Part shown: in pieces, positions 40,801 through 49,484 of the stretch
Position numbering within the stretch: position 1 is the stretch's first letter
How the letters are laid out: each line of letters starts with the position of its first letter
DNA from: a virus
Strand: one strand, 5' to 3'
DNA length: 64,000 nucleotides
Virus record (IMG/VR): IMGVR_UViG_3300008050_008852
Coordinates: 64,009 to 128,008 of that record
Translations under genes and position numbers: made by a program
Notes under the pieces: model-generated
Told to the model about the DNA's origin: nothing
Databases searched by the model: none
The model's input: only the letters and a program-made list of their open reading frames with translations

Positions 40801-40986
40801 GTGTTAGCACAGGTTCAAGCACAACAAGGTGTTGAACGTTACCGTGTTATTATCGACACTACAACAACAACTCAAGCAGATATTGAAAATAATACTGTTA
40901 GAGGAAAGATATTTATGCAACCAACCCGCGCGGTTGAGTTCATTGCTCTTGACTTTGTTGTTACAAATAATGGCACTGAAATCTAA
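37843..40986 (+). CDS. gp18: Tail sheath protein 3 (gp18-like)
   Basis: SPGVSTKEID, PWFAPAGFTRG, FGQKT, DRVNVRR, FEPN, EFIALDF. Confidence 0.92.
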   Translation: MAELTFKSPGVSTKEIDLSGPTSISPTGVPAGIIGTANQGPAFVPVTVATFADFMTYFGKTDGEKFGPLAMYEWMKNANAGTYLRVLGVGDGKKRLSAAGTNADGSTIPAGGVKNAGFIVGDRQVNMATGLVGVNKYAYNGAGTGDLGRTYFLGAFMSESEGSSYLSDAGIQSAGSDKSSAILRGVLMAASGVMLSLSGNFCHGNASTASLNSLPDFDQGSTSGGSSIGSIYNNSGVGRTHNKSYNFVMLLNGHKTTEQYSNTLTASLNPARSNYITEVFNTDPSKIQKAGHVLYSHYDVSTAQAVITGSGLIPAWVTASAGALDSRYTEEAVFLVTSSLDRNVGSETIPNLENFSDRFQHAFSPAVISQKIGGKNKDLFTVHMLDAGAFTNTNVKVSIENIRKSKVDDDYGVFDLLVRKFSDGDESVAIVETGETFRGLSLDPSSDNYIARRIGTINKFYDFDKLPASQKIVVDGIHPNMSRYIRVAMTTEVDNGDITKTALPVGFRGPYHLVTSGSGITMNFQHPLNEANDMAVGAIFTRTDDLNPGNEIIEPPIPYRVSISDGTGGKKKPNSSYYWGLQTTQVDVATTTNSSRIFNNGISGFTKYYPKFATGQQAMWVGANNGTIDSDGTVYDSDNFNNNLFSLEQIQIHTKSTADVVDGREWGFAKYRRNNELATRVFFPKKDGTTDTGRFLNVAKDFGDIASFKYFKFTMPVQGGFDGVNVFDKDKTKLVDNAAKREMSDENQGEVEGPTVGAYLKALHIMAEKSDVDIQLLAVPGIRETKITDDAIAKTEGRFDALYIMDMEERDVSNNVVTSSAQELSVTNTIEDLRGRALDTSFAATYFPDTIIPDPVTQTNVRVPPSVSVLGALSLNDAVAFPWFAPAGFTRGALANVFDTTVNFNRANLDSLYESDINPITQFPDKKEHVIFGQKTLQAAASSLDRVNVRRLLIDVRRKVRNIADTFIFEPNRADTLARFSAAVNPVLAQVQAQQGVERYRVIIDTTTTTQADIENNTVRGKIFMQPTRAVEFIALDFVVTNNGTEI

Positions 40987-41012
40987 AATAATAAAATAGA
41001 TTATTATATCTT

Positions 41013-41044
41013 GAGGGGACCTAAATGGTCCCCTCTATTTTTTT
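41013..41044. terminator. Terminator hairpin between the convergent sheath 3 and endonuclease genes
   Basis: GAGGGGACC-taaat-GGTCCCCTC followed by TATTTTTTT; overlaps the endonuclease stop codon. Confidence 0.8.
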
Positions 41045-42681
41045 GTAAAGATTAAATTTGGGCAACCCCATATCTTAACAACACCTAAAGATTCCGCCAC
41101 TTCTTTTTCGGTCATATTATTTGCTTTATCGGCACGAATTTTAAAACGATCAATTCTATTTCGTCCATCAGTCCACCAAAAGCGATTAACTGTTCGTCCT
41201 TCAAAATTCCAGCCGGCTGTTGCATAGCCTGCCTTGGTCCCAAATCTTGTATCAACGTACGTAAGTAGTGACGTGAACCCACTCTCAACACAATGTTGTA
41301 GTGCATACTTGGTGAGCCGACTGAGACCTCCAGGGCAGTGTGTATACATTTTTGTACAGAACCTTGCAATTTCCAATTGACCCTTATATTTTTTATGGAA
41401 TGGCATTCTTAATGACATACATGATATCAATTCATTATTGTAAAATAAACCAAGGGCACATGTTGATTTTACATCACCGTCAATATGATTTTCGTTAAAA
41501 AAGTCCCTTCGTGTGGAAACACCAACTGGTTTTATTACACATTTTCTTGCGAAGATGGTTTGTTTAAATATGCCAAGCTTATGGGCAATCATTGATTTAC
41601 ATATTTCTTCCTTCTCACGCCATTCATCGTCAAAGATATGAATTAACCCTACATTAGCATCCGCACACTTAATGGTCTTGTCAGAATGATAATGTCTATC
41701 CTTATAAAGTTCGCTATGAAAATATAAACCATTAAATTCTATTCCAAAGTTTTTGTCTGGAATAAAAATATCTATTTCGTAAGGATTAATAACTGTTCTA
41801 TCACACATATTTGTTTCAAATCCAAGTGATCTAACAAACCGATCAACTTCAACTTGTTGTTTAGATCCTGCCGGATTACATTTATTACAACGATTACTTA
41901 AAGCGCTTAATAAGCTTTTGGTTTGTAGATGTTTACAGGTTTTACATTCAAAAACTAGATTTTTATCTCTATCTCTGGTATAATCATCTAAACCAGAAAG
42001 TAATTGAAGATCAGGGGCTCCAATAGATAAGCGTCGAACAATTTCTTCTTGTGTTAGCCGCTTTAGTGAATCAAGTCGTGATCTAATATTTTTTTCTTTT
42101 AATTTTCGTGAAACAGTATAACTCATTTCTAGAACTCGTGAATCAGTCTCCTTTGTCAGACCTTTCGCCCATGGTGTTAATTCACCTGAGGCATATTGTT
42201 GTTTTAAGCGCTGTGAATTTACCATAAGTCGTGAATCAGTCTCCTTTGTTAACCCTTTACTCCATGAAGATCTTTCGCCAGAATCAAATTGTGCCTTAAC
42301 AGTTTTACTTCTTTTAATTGCACCTTTTTTTATTGATTCATTGGTCTCCTTTGTCAATCCTTTTGACCACCCTACTTGTCCAATTAGTGAATCTGAGCGC
42401 TTTTTACTAATTTTCCGAGCAGTTTCTTGATCGTACGCACTATAGATATTTCCATTATGTCCATCTATAAACTTATTAAAGCCTTTGTTCCATGATTTGA
42501 AGTTTGTATGTAAGCCACAAGTATTACAGGCACATACTGGCCTATTGCCATTTAATTTTGTTATTGTATAGGCATCTTCTATATCATTAAATTCATGTTC
42601 AGTAATAAGGTGTTCATTGAATTTTTTCTGCCTTCCACATGTAAAGTCACATGTTGGGCACTTAAATCTTGTTGATGTCAT
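41035..42681 (-). mobile_element. Free-standing Hef-like homing endonuclease gene (Zn fingers, NUMOD3-like repeats, Vsr/DUF559-like nuclease, C-terminal GNAT-like domain)
   Basis: C2H2 finger CPTC..H..H; three W.KGLTKET repeats; YEIDIFIP..GIEFNGLYFHS..IHIFDDEW; IFARKC/EIARFC/GGLSRL; only long minus-strand ORF. Confidence 0.75.
42136..42370 (-). repeat. Three internal coding repeats (W.KGLTKET.S)
   Basis: TCGTGAATCAGTCTCCTTTGT is identical at 42136 and 42229 (93 nt apart); third copy near 42340. Confidence 0.8.
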
Positions 42682-42809
42682 TATAGAATCCTATCAATAT
42701 TTAAATATAGGTTATTTACATATAAAGTTAAGTAAAAAAGCACAAGTGCATATTTAATTTTGAGTCGAACAACTTGGCTTATGTTAAATAGAGAAACAGG
42801 AGAAAACTA

Positions 42810-43298
42810 ATGGCTACTACATTGCCTGTAGCAGATATGCTACCAAATAAATTTGAACCAAAACGTAAGTTTAGATGGGTATTTGCAATTGAGGGAATCG
42901 ATGCATTCCTTATGAAAGCAGCTGCTCGCCCTAATGTTACCATTGGTGAAACCACACTAGAGTTTATGAACTCAAAACGTTACCTTGCTGGAAAGCTTGC
43001 TTATGACGCAATCAGTGTAACACTTTATGATCCCATTGCCCCATCCGGTGCACAGCAGGTCATGGAGTGGGTTCGTACCCACACAGAAACTGTATCAGGT
43101 CGTTCTGGTTATGCAGATTTCTATAAGCGCGATTGCCAGATTAAAATGCTTGATCCTGTTGGAACAGTCGTAGAGCTTTGGGATCTAAAAGGGTGTTTTC
43201 TAACCTCTGCTGGTTTTGGTGATCTTGATTATGGAACTGAAGATGCAACAGAGATTGCATTAACAATTCGTTTTGATAATGCAGTGTTACAATACTGA
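42810..43298 (+). CDS. gp19: Tail tube protein (gp19-like)
   Basis: FEPKRKFRW, AARPN, YLAGK, LYDPIAPSGAQQVMEW, YKRD..LDPVG..WDLKG; AGGAG SD. Confidence 0.88.
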   Translation: MATTLPVADMLPNKFEPKRKFRWVFAIEGIDAFLMKAAARPNVTIGETTLEFMNSKRYLAGKLAYDAISVTLYDPIAPSGAQQVMEWVRTHTETVSGRSGYADFYKRDCQIKMLDPVGTVVELWDLKGCFLTSAGFGDLDYGTEDATEIALTIRFDNAVLQY

Positions 43299-43360
43299 TT
43301 AATTTTATTATTTTAAGTTATTGGCTTTAGCTAATTTGCTTAACAAGATTTTATATTCTA

Positions 43361-43400
43361 AATACGTCATAGCATATTTTGTGTTATGGCGTATTCTTTT
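43361..43400 (+). terminator. Terminator after the tail tube gene
   Basis: AATACGTCATAGCATA / TGTGTTATGGCGTATT 16-bp stem whose three non-WC pairs are all G-U on the + strand, then CTTTT; a second hairpin lies at about 43313-43343. Confidence 0.7.
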
Positions 43401-43477
43401 ATTTACTGTCTAGACAAACATTTTACATTTAAAGTAACAGTACTATTTTTTATTGTAGTTTTTTAAGGAGAAAATAG

Positions 43478-44317
43478 ATGTCTGCTCGTAAGGGTAATGA
43501 AGTATTTGATAATAAACGCCAGACAATGGCACCACGAAGAGATGTCCTAAAGGATGATTTTGACTTCGAAATACCAGTTCAATCGGTTCCTCTTCCTTCA
43601 GGTGGAGTAATTTATCCAGTTGATTCGTCAATGCATGGAAAAACAGAAGTTTCAATTAAGGCAATGACGGCAAGAGAAGAAGATATCTTAACGTCTAGAG
43701 CATTAATTAAAAAAGGGACTGTTATCACAGAATTGCTTAAATCAGCAATTGTGGAAGATGGGTTCGATCCAGACATTATGCTTTCTGGTGATCGAAATGC
43801 ATTAATGATTACTCTTCGTGTTACAGGTTATGGGGCAGGTTATACTTGCGAAGTTGATTGTCCTGCATGTAGTCAACGAACTAAACAAACTTTTGATCTT
43901 TCAACACTTCCAATTAAGGAGCTTGAAATCGAGCCTGTTGCTCTTGGAGCAAATTTGTTTGAAACGGAACTTCCTATTTCGAAGAAAAAAGTACGCTTTA
44001 AGTTTCTTACCGGTGCCGACGAGCAAGAAATGGCGGTGATGGCCGATAGAAAGAAGAAACAAGGTGTTACTGTCGATTCAATGGTTACAACTCGATTGAA
44101 TCATCAGATTGTTAGTATTGATGGAATTAGCGATAAGACAAAAATTGGTTTTTTCACCCGCGCGATGCCGGCTCGCGATTCTTTACACTTAAGAAAATTT
44201 ATTGATAAATCTGAACCTGGTATTGATATGAAGGCATGGATGGATTGTACCTCATGTTTTGAATCATCGGAGGTGCGCTTACCTTTAGGCGCCTCGTTTT
44301 TTTGGCCTGAGTCCTGA
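43478..44317 (+). CDS. gp26: Baseplate hub assembly/tail chaperone (gp26-like)
   Basis: VPLPSGG..YP, MTAREEDIL, DRNALMITLR..YG..CPAC, CTSC; ends FFWP; between tube and tape measure. Confidence 0.7.
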   Translation: MSARKGNEVFDNKRQTMAPRRDVLKDDFDFEIPVQSVPLPSGGVIYPVDSSMHGKTEVSIKAMTAREEDILTSRALIKKGTVITELLKSAIVEDGFDPDIMLSGDRNALMITLRVTGYGAGYTCEVDCPACSQRTKQTFDLSTLPIKELEIEPVALGANLFETELPISKKKVRFKFLTGADEQEMAVMADRKKKQGVTVDSMVTTRLNHQIVSIDGISDKTKIGFFTRAMPARDSLHLRKFIDKSEPGIDMKAWMDCTSCFESSEVRLPLGASFFWPES

Positions 44318-44354
44318 TAACAAAGAGGTTTATTTAGAGCATATTTTTCTGCTT

Positions 44355-44549
44355 ATGTACTATAGTGGTTTTAGTTATTCTGAAGCCTATAAATTACCTG
44401 TATGGCAAAGAATATGGTTTATTGAAAGAATAAACACAGAAATTAAGAAAAGTCAAGGCTCATCCCGCGGCCATGAAGCCCCTGATCAAAGACAATTGCA
44501 GGGAAAACATCGCGCATTTGCACCATCTAACCAACGTAGATTTACGTAG
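44355..44549 (+). CDS. gp51: gp51-like chaperone C-terminal segment (probably reached by frameshift)
   Basis: FSYSEAYKLPVWQRIWFIERI pattern; frame open from 44289; no SD before ATG 44355. Confidence 0.6.
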   Translation: MYYSGFSYSEAYKLPVWQRIWFIERINTEIKKSQGSSRGHEAPDQRQLQGKHRAFAPSNQRRFT

Positions 44550-44560
44550 GATGATATTTA

Positions 44561-44824
44561 TTGATAACGAGGTGTAATTTGCAATTAGATAAAACAACAT
44601 TTTCATTAGCCGCAGCATATATTCTTGGCTTGTCACCAGTTGCTAAGATAAAAGGCTCATCAAAGGAGTTAGAAGCATTTTCCAGTGTTCTTGAATCGTC
44701 CCGTGGTCTTCACAAGCTATTACAAGGTAATGCCACCACTAATGTAATATCTGAGGCATTAGCAGATAAGTCTGAAAAAGCTAAGACGTTTAAGAACGTC
44801 TTTAATCAGACCTGGCCTTTTTAG
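44561..44824 (+). CDS. Hypothetical protein (real start probably TTG 44579)
   Basis: GAGGTG SD at 44569-44574 precedes the in-frame TTG 44579; ATATTTA at 44554. Confidence 0.55.
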   Translation: MITRCNLQLDKTTFSLAAAYILGLSPVAKIKGSSKELEAFSSVLESSRGLHKLLQGNATTNVISEALADKSEKAKTFKNVFNQTWPF

Positions 44825-44838
44825 AGAGGCAGTGATAA

Positions 44839-47800
44839 TTGGCTAACAGTCAACAACTAGATATAGAAGTAGCAATCAACAATGCGTTGAAAGCTCGCGT
44901 TGGGCTTCTAGATAATCAAAAGTCAATGATTATAGATCAGATTGCCCTTGCGCAAGAAATGTGTAGGGCTCTTGAGTGTAAAGAACTTGACGGTTATAAT
45001 GAAAGGTTGGCTGAAACTAGAAAAGGTCTTCTAGACGCCTCCGACGCTACAGATAAGACAACGAAGTCTACACAGAATATGACTCAAAACTTGAAAAAGA
45101 GTAAGAAGTCGATGTTTAGCTTTAAAGGTGCCGCCGTCGGCGCCGCCGTTGCGATGAAAAATGCGTTTGGTGGGGCTTTTAAAGTCATAAAGTCTATTGG
45201 AACATTAGCTAAATCATTAGTCACCGGCGCTTTTAATCTTGTAAAAGGTGCCATGGCAGCATATAACCAAATGCTCGACGGTATAGCCCAAAAAGGAATG
45301 GAGGCTGCCAATGCCGGCTTGGGTCTTCGCAATGCGTTTGAAGATGTCAAAGAAGCACTTGGCGATTTAGCCACCGGCGCCGGTAGAGATGTTGTTGCAT
45401 CATATGAAACGCTTAGATCTCAAAGTAACAACCTTGCCGGAACTGGAATTCGATTAGCTAAAGTCTTTGGCCGAGGCCCAGATGGTTTAGCTGCAGCATT
45501 AGCATTTGTAAGCGAGAATGTTCAAGGCCTTGGGCCACAAATTGATAGATTTTCAGGAGCCATGGCGGAAGCTGCTACAGAAGTTGTTTTGATGGGTAAA
45601 GCTCTTGGTTTTTCTGGTGAAGATTTTGCTAATTTTGGAACTATGGCTGGGTATGCCGGCGAGTCGCTCCAGGAGACGTTAGGTCGAGTTTCTAGAGAAA
45701 TTGTTACAGTGTCTAAACGCTTTGGTGTAAATACTAAAGTTATGTCGAAAAACCTATCAACTATGATGAAAATGCCTGGTGTTTTTGGTTCAAATACTAA
45801 GGAGATGCTAAAAACGTCAGTTGCTGCTCAAAAATTAGGAATGTCAATTGAAGAATTGACATCTGTTACCGGCGTTTTTGATGACTTTGAATCCGGTGCC
45901 CAAGCAGCTTCAGATATGGCTGCTGAATTTGGTATTGTCGTCGATGCTGCTTCCATGATGACTGCTGAACCGGCAGAACAAATGTTGATGTTAAAAGATG
46001 CTGTCGCCGCTTCCGGACAATCATTTGAAGAGATGTCTAGGCAAGAGCGCGCCAGAATGGCTGAGCTTACTGGTATGGATATGTCAACAATGCAAAAAAT
46101 GATGGATCCATCGAATGCATTTGACGGCGGTGCCCTTGATGCTGTAGAATCAGGTGTTGACGCTGCTACTGCTGCTACATTGTCTCAAGCTGCAGCAACA
46201 GAAGAATTATCTAAAATGATGAAACAACTCCACGAATCAATGGAGCCAATGAAAACATCAGGAGGTTTCTTTGGTACATTCATAGAAGGTATAACAACAG
46301 GTATAATGCGTTCTGATGAATTTAGGGAAATGACGGCTAACGTTACAAACGCCTTTAGTGTTGTCTTCCAGTCAGGTAAACGTGTCGGTGATATGTTAGG
46401 TGAACTTGCTGGACCTGGTGGTCCTTTTTACTTTATTTTTGAGCATCTCAATGGTCTTGAAGACACAATGAAAAATTTAATGCCAAAAATTGAGGCACAT
46501 TTCCGAACATTTGTTGACGACTTAATGGCTGGTGGAGATCGAGCCGCCGCGGCATTACCAAAACTTATTGAAGGCATAGCCGACTCACTGTTCGGATCAG
46601 GCGGTGGTGGCGCATTTGGTGCAATGATGGATGGTTTTCATAAATTGGCAGATTTAATTGTTGCCAATATTATTAATTCAATTCCATTTTTTGCAGAAGG
46701 CTTAATCAAATTGTTTGAGGGAGCCGTTAATTTAATGACAGGTGGTCTACCTGATCTCGGTGTTACAATTGCCGAAGATGGTATAATGCCAATGTCCCAG
46801 CGTGCCTTTGCTGGTCTTATGGATTCCGGTGTTATCAACGATCTCGGTAATGCGTTTATGTGTTTGATGTCAACAATGTGGGAAAAATTTGGTCCTACAA
46901 TTACTGACTGGGCTGGTAAAGCGCTAGCTGCAATTATTACGATGGCTCTACTTCAGTCATTACCAACAATTTTGGTCGGTGGTTTAATTAAGGGGGCAAT
47001 GGCCGGTTTTGGTGGCGCAATAGGTAAGGCAATGGGTGGTGCTACAGAAAATGCCCCCGACGGCGAAGGTGGCACATTAAATAAAAGTTTCGGTGAAAAA
47101 CTGGCTTCAACCGCCGAAGGCATTAAAGCAGCAATCTGTGCGCTACAAGATATTGGCTTAAAAGAAATTGGTTATGCAGCTGTTGTTCTTGGTGCCATTG
47201 CAGTTGGACTAGCCCTCGGCGTGATGGGAATGGTAAAATTAGCTCTATGGATACAAGAATCTGGAGTTAGTATGATTACCCTTGGTGTAACGACCTTGGT
47301 CATGATAGGTATGGCCGCCGCCATTTATGGGGCCACAATGGCTGCAGAAGCTGCTGCAAGAGTTGAGCCAAGTATTATGACGAAGGCTGTACTTGGCTTG
47401 ATCGCAGCCGGCTTGGTTTTCGCCGGGATTGCTGGAATTGTAACCATGGTCATAAAAGAATTTAATGGCTTAGAATATAATGATGATTTACCAAAAATTG
47501 TCGAGGCTGCCGGTAGTCTTACAATGACAATTTTGAAGGCAACCGCTGCAATTATTGGAATGGGCGCTATTCTTGCTATAATTATGACATTAGGCTCAAA
47601 TCCAGTTACGGGAACAATTCTCGCTATAGCGCTCGCCGCCTCAGCTACAATTTTCGCCGGCGTCGCCGCGCTTGTTTATGGATTAGTATCATCCTTTGCA
47701 AGCTTTGATGCAGGTGCAGCCAACAGAGCTGTAGTCGCAGCAACGGCTGCTGGGATGATTACCGAAACTGTCATGTTTGTACTTGATTCAATTTGGAATA

Positions 47801-49134
47801 TTATGAAAAATGTTGGGAATTGGAGCTCCGATACATTCGATACTGTTTTAGAGAAAATTGTGGATATCACAACAGCTATTAGGCATAAAATGATGCCAGC
47901 GGTTATCGCAACAGCAGCAATGATTACTGGTGATCCACAAATAATTAAAGATAAATTAAGCATAATCGTCACACTTCTTCAATCATTTGCACCAATTACT
48001 GACTTAATGGCTGCGGCACTTAGTATAAGATCAATGCGACCTGGTGATGTAGCATCGGCAATAGACAGCGTTTCTGGAGGTATGAGTGATATAATTTTAT
48101 CAATGTCGGATATGGTTCGTGACATTGTTCAAGTATCATCTGGTTTAACATCGGCACAAATAAGATCGGCAAAGGCAGTAGCCCCAATGATTGAAGCTGT
48201 GGCATCATTATTATCATCATTCAAGCCAGCCGAAGGGTTGTTTGAAGACTCTATATTAACTAACACGACAACACAATCTAAATCCGCCATGTTTGGCTTA
48301 ATAGGTTCCGCGGAACGTACGGATTCTCGTACATATGTGACAGAAGAAGCTAGTGCCAAGACTGCAAACTATATAAGAACATTTGTTTCTTTAGTGGAAC
48401 AGATAGGTGAACCGTTAAAAGATCTTGTAATAATTATGTCTGGTATTCGTATTCCAAATGCTGCCGGAGTTGGCCGAAATATGAAAGCAGTTTCAGCAGT
48501 AATGGAGGCTGTCGGCGGCGCCGGCGACGCGCTATCAAGTGTAATGTCATTAGGTGGCGATGCCTCCGACGGCTTGTCTTTTGTTGATATTCAACGAATT
48601 AAGTCAGACTTCGGTACATTGGCCGATTTATTTCTCGACAGCGCATCAGGAGATTCTATATTAAGTCAAGTAGGTCTAATTATTAACCCTTTAACTGAAT
48701 TTGGCAGAACCTATGGCCGTAGAACTGCTAGCAGTCTTCAAGGTGTTGGTAGCATATTAGGTACAGATATACCTCAAGCCCTTCAAAGTATAAGTGATTT
48801 AGCAACAACCGCAAGTGTATTAGCTGCAGAAATACCTACATCCTGGTATAATACTCTTGTAGAACCAATTCAAGATATGATTACCCAGATTGGTCTTCTC
48901 GACGCGGAATTAGAGAGTATGGAAGCGATAAGCGTTAATGCACTTTTACATAAAGTAGGTTCGGCATTCGGTGTTCAAAATGAAACAATAACTGTTACCA
49001 GAGGGAATGTTAATGTCGACATTAAATTAAATGTTACAATGCAGGCCAGTGAATTAAGTAGAGTACTAGTTGAGGGAAATTGGGTTGAGAAAGGCGAGGA
49101 ATATTGTGCCAAGCTTAGAGAGCTTGATCGATAA
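44839..49134 (+). CDS. Tape measure protein
   Basis: 1431 aa, Ala/Gly/Met-rich helical, hydrophobic repeats; position after tube and chaperone genes. Confidence 0.8.
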   Translation: MANSQQLDIEVAINNALKARVGLLDNQKSMIIDQIALAQEMCRALECKELDGYNERLAETRKGLLDASDATDKTTKSTQNMTQNLKKSKKSMFSFKGAAVGAAVAMKNAFGGAFKVIKSIGTLAKSLVTGAFNLVKGAMAAYNQMLDGIAQKGMEAANAGLGLRNAFEDVKEALGDLATGAGRDVVASYETLRSQSNNLAGTGIRLAKVFGRGPDGLAAALAFVSENVQGLGPQIDRFSGAMAEAATEVVLMGKALGFSGEDFANFGTMAGYAGESLQETLGRVSREIVTVSKRFGVNTKVMSKNLSTMMKMPGVFGSNTKEMLKTSVAAQKLGMSIEELTSVTGVFDDFESGAQAASDMAAEFGIVVDAASMMTAEPAEQMLMLKDAVAASGQSFEEMSRQERARMAELTGMDMSTMQKMMDPSNAFDGGALDAVESGVDAATAATLSQAAATEELSKMMKQLHESMEPMKTSGGFFGTFIEGITTGIMRSDEFREMTANVTNAFSVVFQSGKRVGDMLGELAGPGGPFYFIFEHLNGLEDTMKNLMPKIEAHFRTFVDDLMAGGDRAAAALPKLIEGIADSLFGSGGGGAFGAMMDGFHKLADLIVANIINSIPFFAEGLIKLFEGAVNLMTGGLPDLGVTIAEDGIMPMSQRAFAGLMDSGVINDLGNAFMCLMSTMWEKFGPTITDWAGKALAAIITMALLQSLPTILVGGLIKGAMAGFGGAIGKAMGGATENAPDGEGGTLNKSFGEKLASTAEGIKAAICALQDIGLKEIGYAAVVLGAIAVGLALGVMGMVKLALWIQESGVSMITLGVTTLVMIGMAAAIYGATMAAEAAARVEPSIMTKAVLGLIAAGLVFAGIAGIVTMVIKEFNGLEYNDDLPKIVEAAGSLTMTILKATAAIIGMGAILAIIMTLGSNPVTGTILAIALAASATIFAGVAALVYGLVSSFASFDAGAANRAVVAATAAGMITETVMFVLDSIWNIMKNVGNWSSDTFDTVLEKIVDITTAIRHKMMPAVIATAAMITGDPQIIKDKLSIIVTLLQSFAPITDLMAAALSIRSMRPGDVASAIDSVSGGMSDIILSMSDMVRDIVQVSSGLTSAQIRSAKAVAPMIEAVASLLSSFKPAEGLFEDSILTNTTTQSKSAMFGLIGSAERTDSRTYVTEEASAKTANYIRTFVSLVEQIGEPLKDLVIIMSGIRIPNAAGVGRNMKAVSAVMEAVGGAGDALSSVMSLGGDASDGLSFVDIQRIKSDFGTLADLFLDSASGDSILSQVGLIINPLTEFGRTYGRRTASSLQGVGSILGTDIPQALQSISDLATTASVLAAEIPTSWYNTLVEPIQDMITQIGLLDAELESMEAISVNALLHKVGSAFGVQNETITVTRGNVNVDIKLNVTMQASELSRVLVEGNWVEKGEEYCAKLRELDR

Positions 49135-49154
49135 TTTAAACAAATGGAAAAGAA

Positions 49155-49463
49155 ATGAGTGATACAGCAAAACTTATTGAAGCAATGAAAATTATTAATA
49201 AGGCAAAAATTAATGATGAAGAAGCTTTACAAGAAAAAATATCGTTATTAAGAAATATCGATCTTTCGGCAGAAGCAATAAAACAAGATAATGTTTCTGA
49301 TTTAATAGAAAATTTAAGCGATGATGAAAAAGAAAAACTTGACAATGATATGGACGATTTAGCTTCCACATACTCAAGTATCTTAAATAGTGTTGCTGAT
49401 TGTCTTGAAAATCCAGAACTCAGATTAAAAATAGTTGATGAGTTTAAGCGCCGATTGGGATAA
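49155..49463 (+). CDS. Small acidic helical hypothetical protein
   Basis: 102-aa ORF between the tape measure and baseplate genes. Confidence 0.55.
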   Translation: MSDTAKLIEAMKIINKAKINDEEALQEKISLLRNIDLSAEAIKQDNVSDLIENLSDDEKEKLDNDMDDLASTYSSILNSVADCLENPELRLKIVDEFKRRLG

Positions 49464-49484
49464 TTAGTTACAGGAAGATAACTT

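Noticed and set aside
42136-42370. 21-nt direct repeats as a mini-CRISPR
   Set aside because: They are in-frame coding repeats (W.KGLTKET) of the endonuclease, with 93-nt and longer, unequal spacing.
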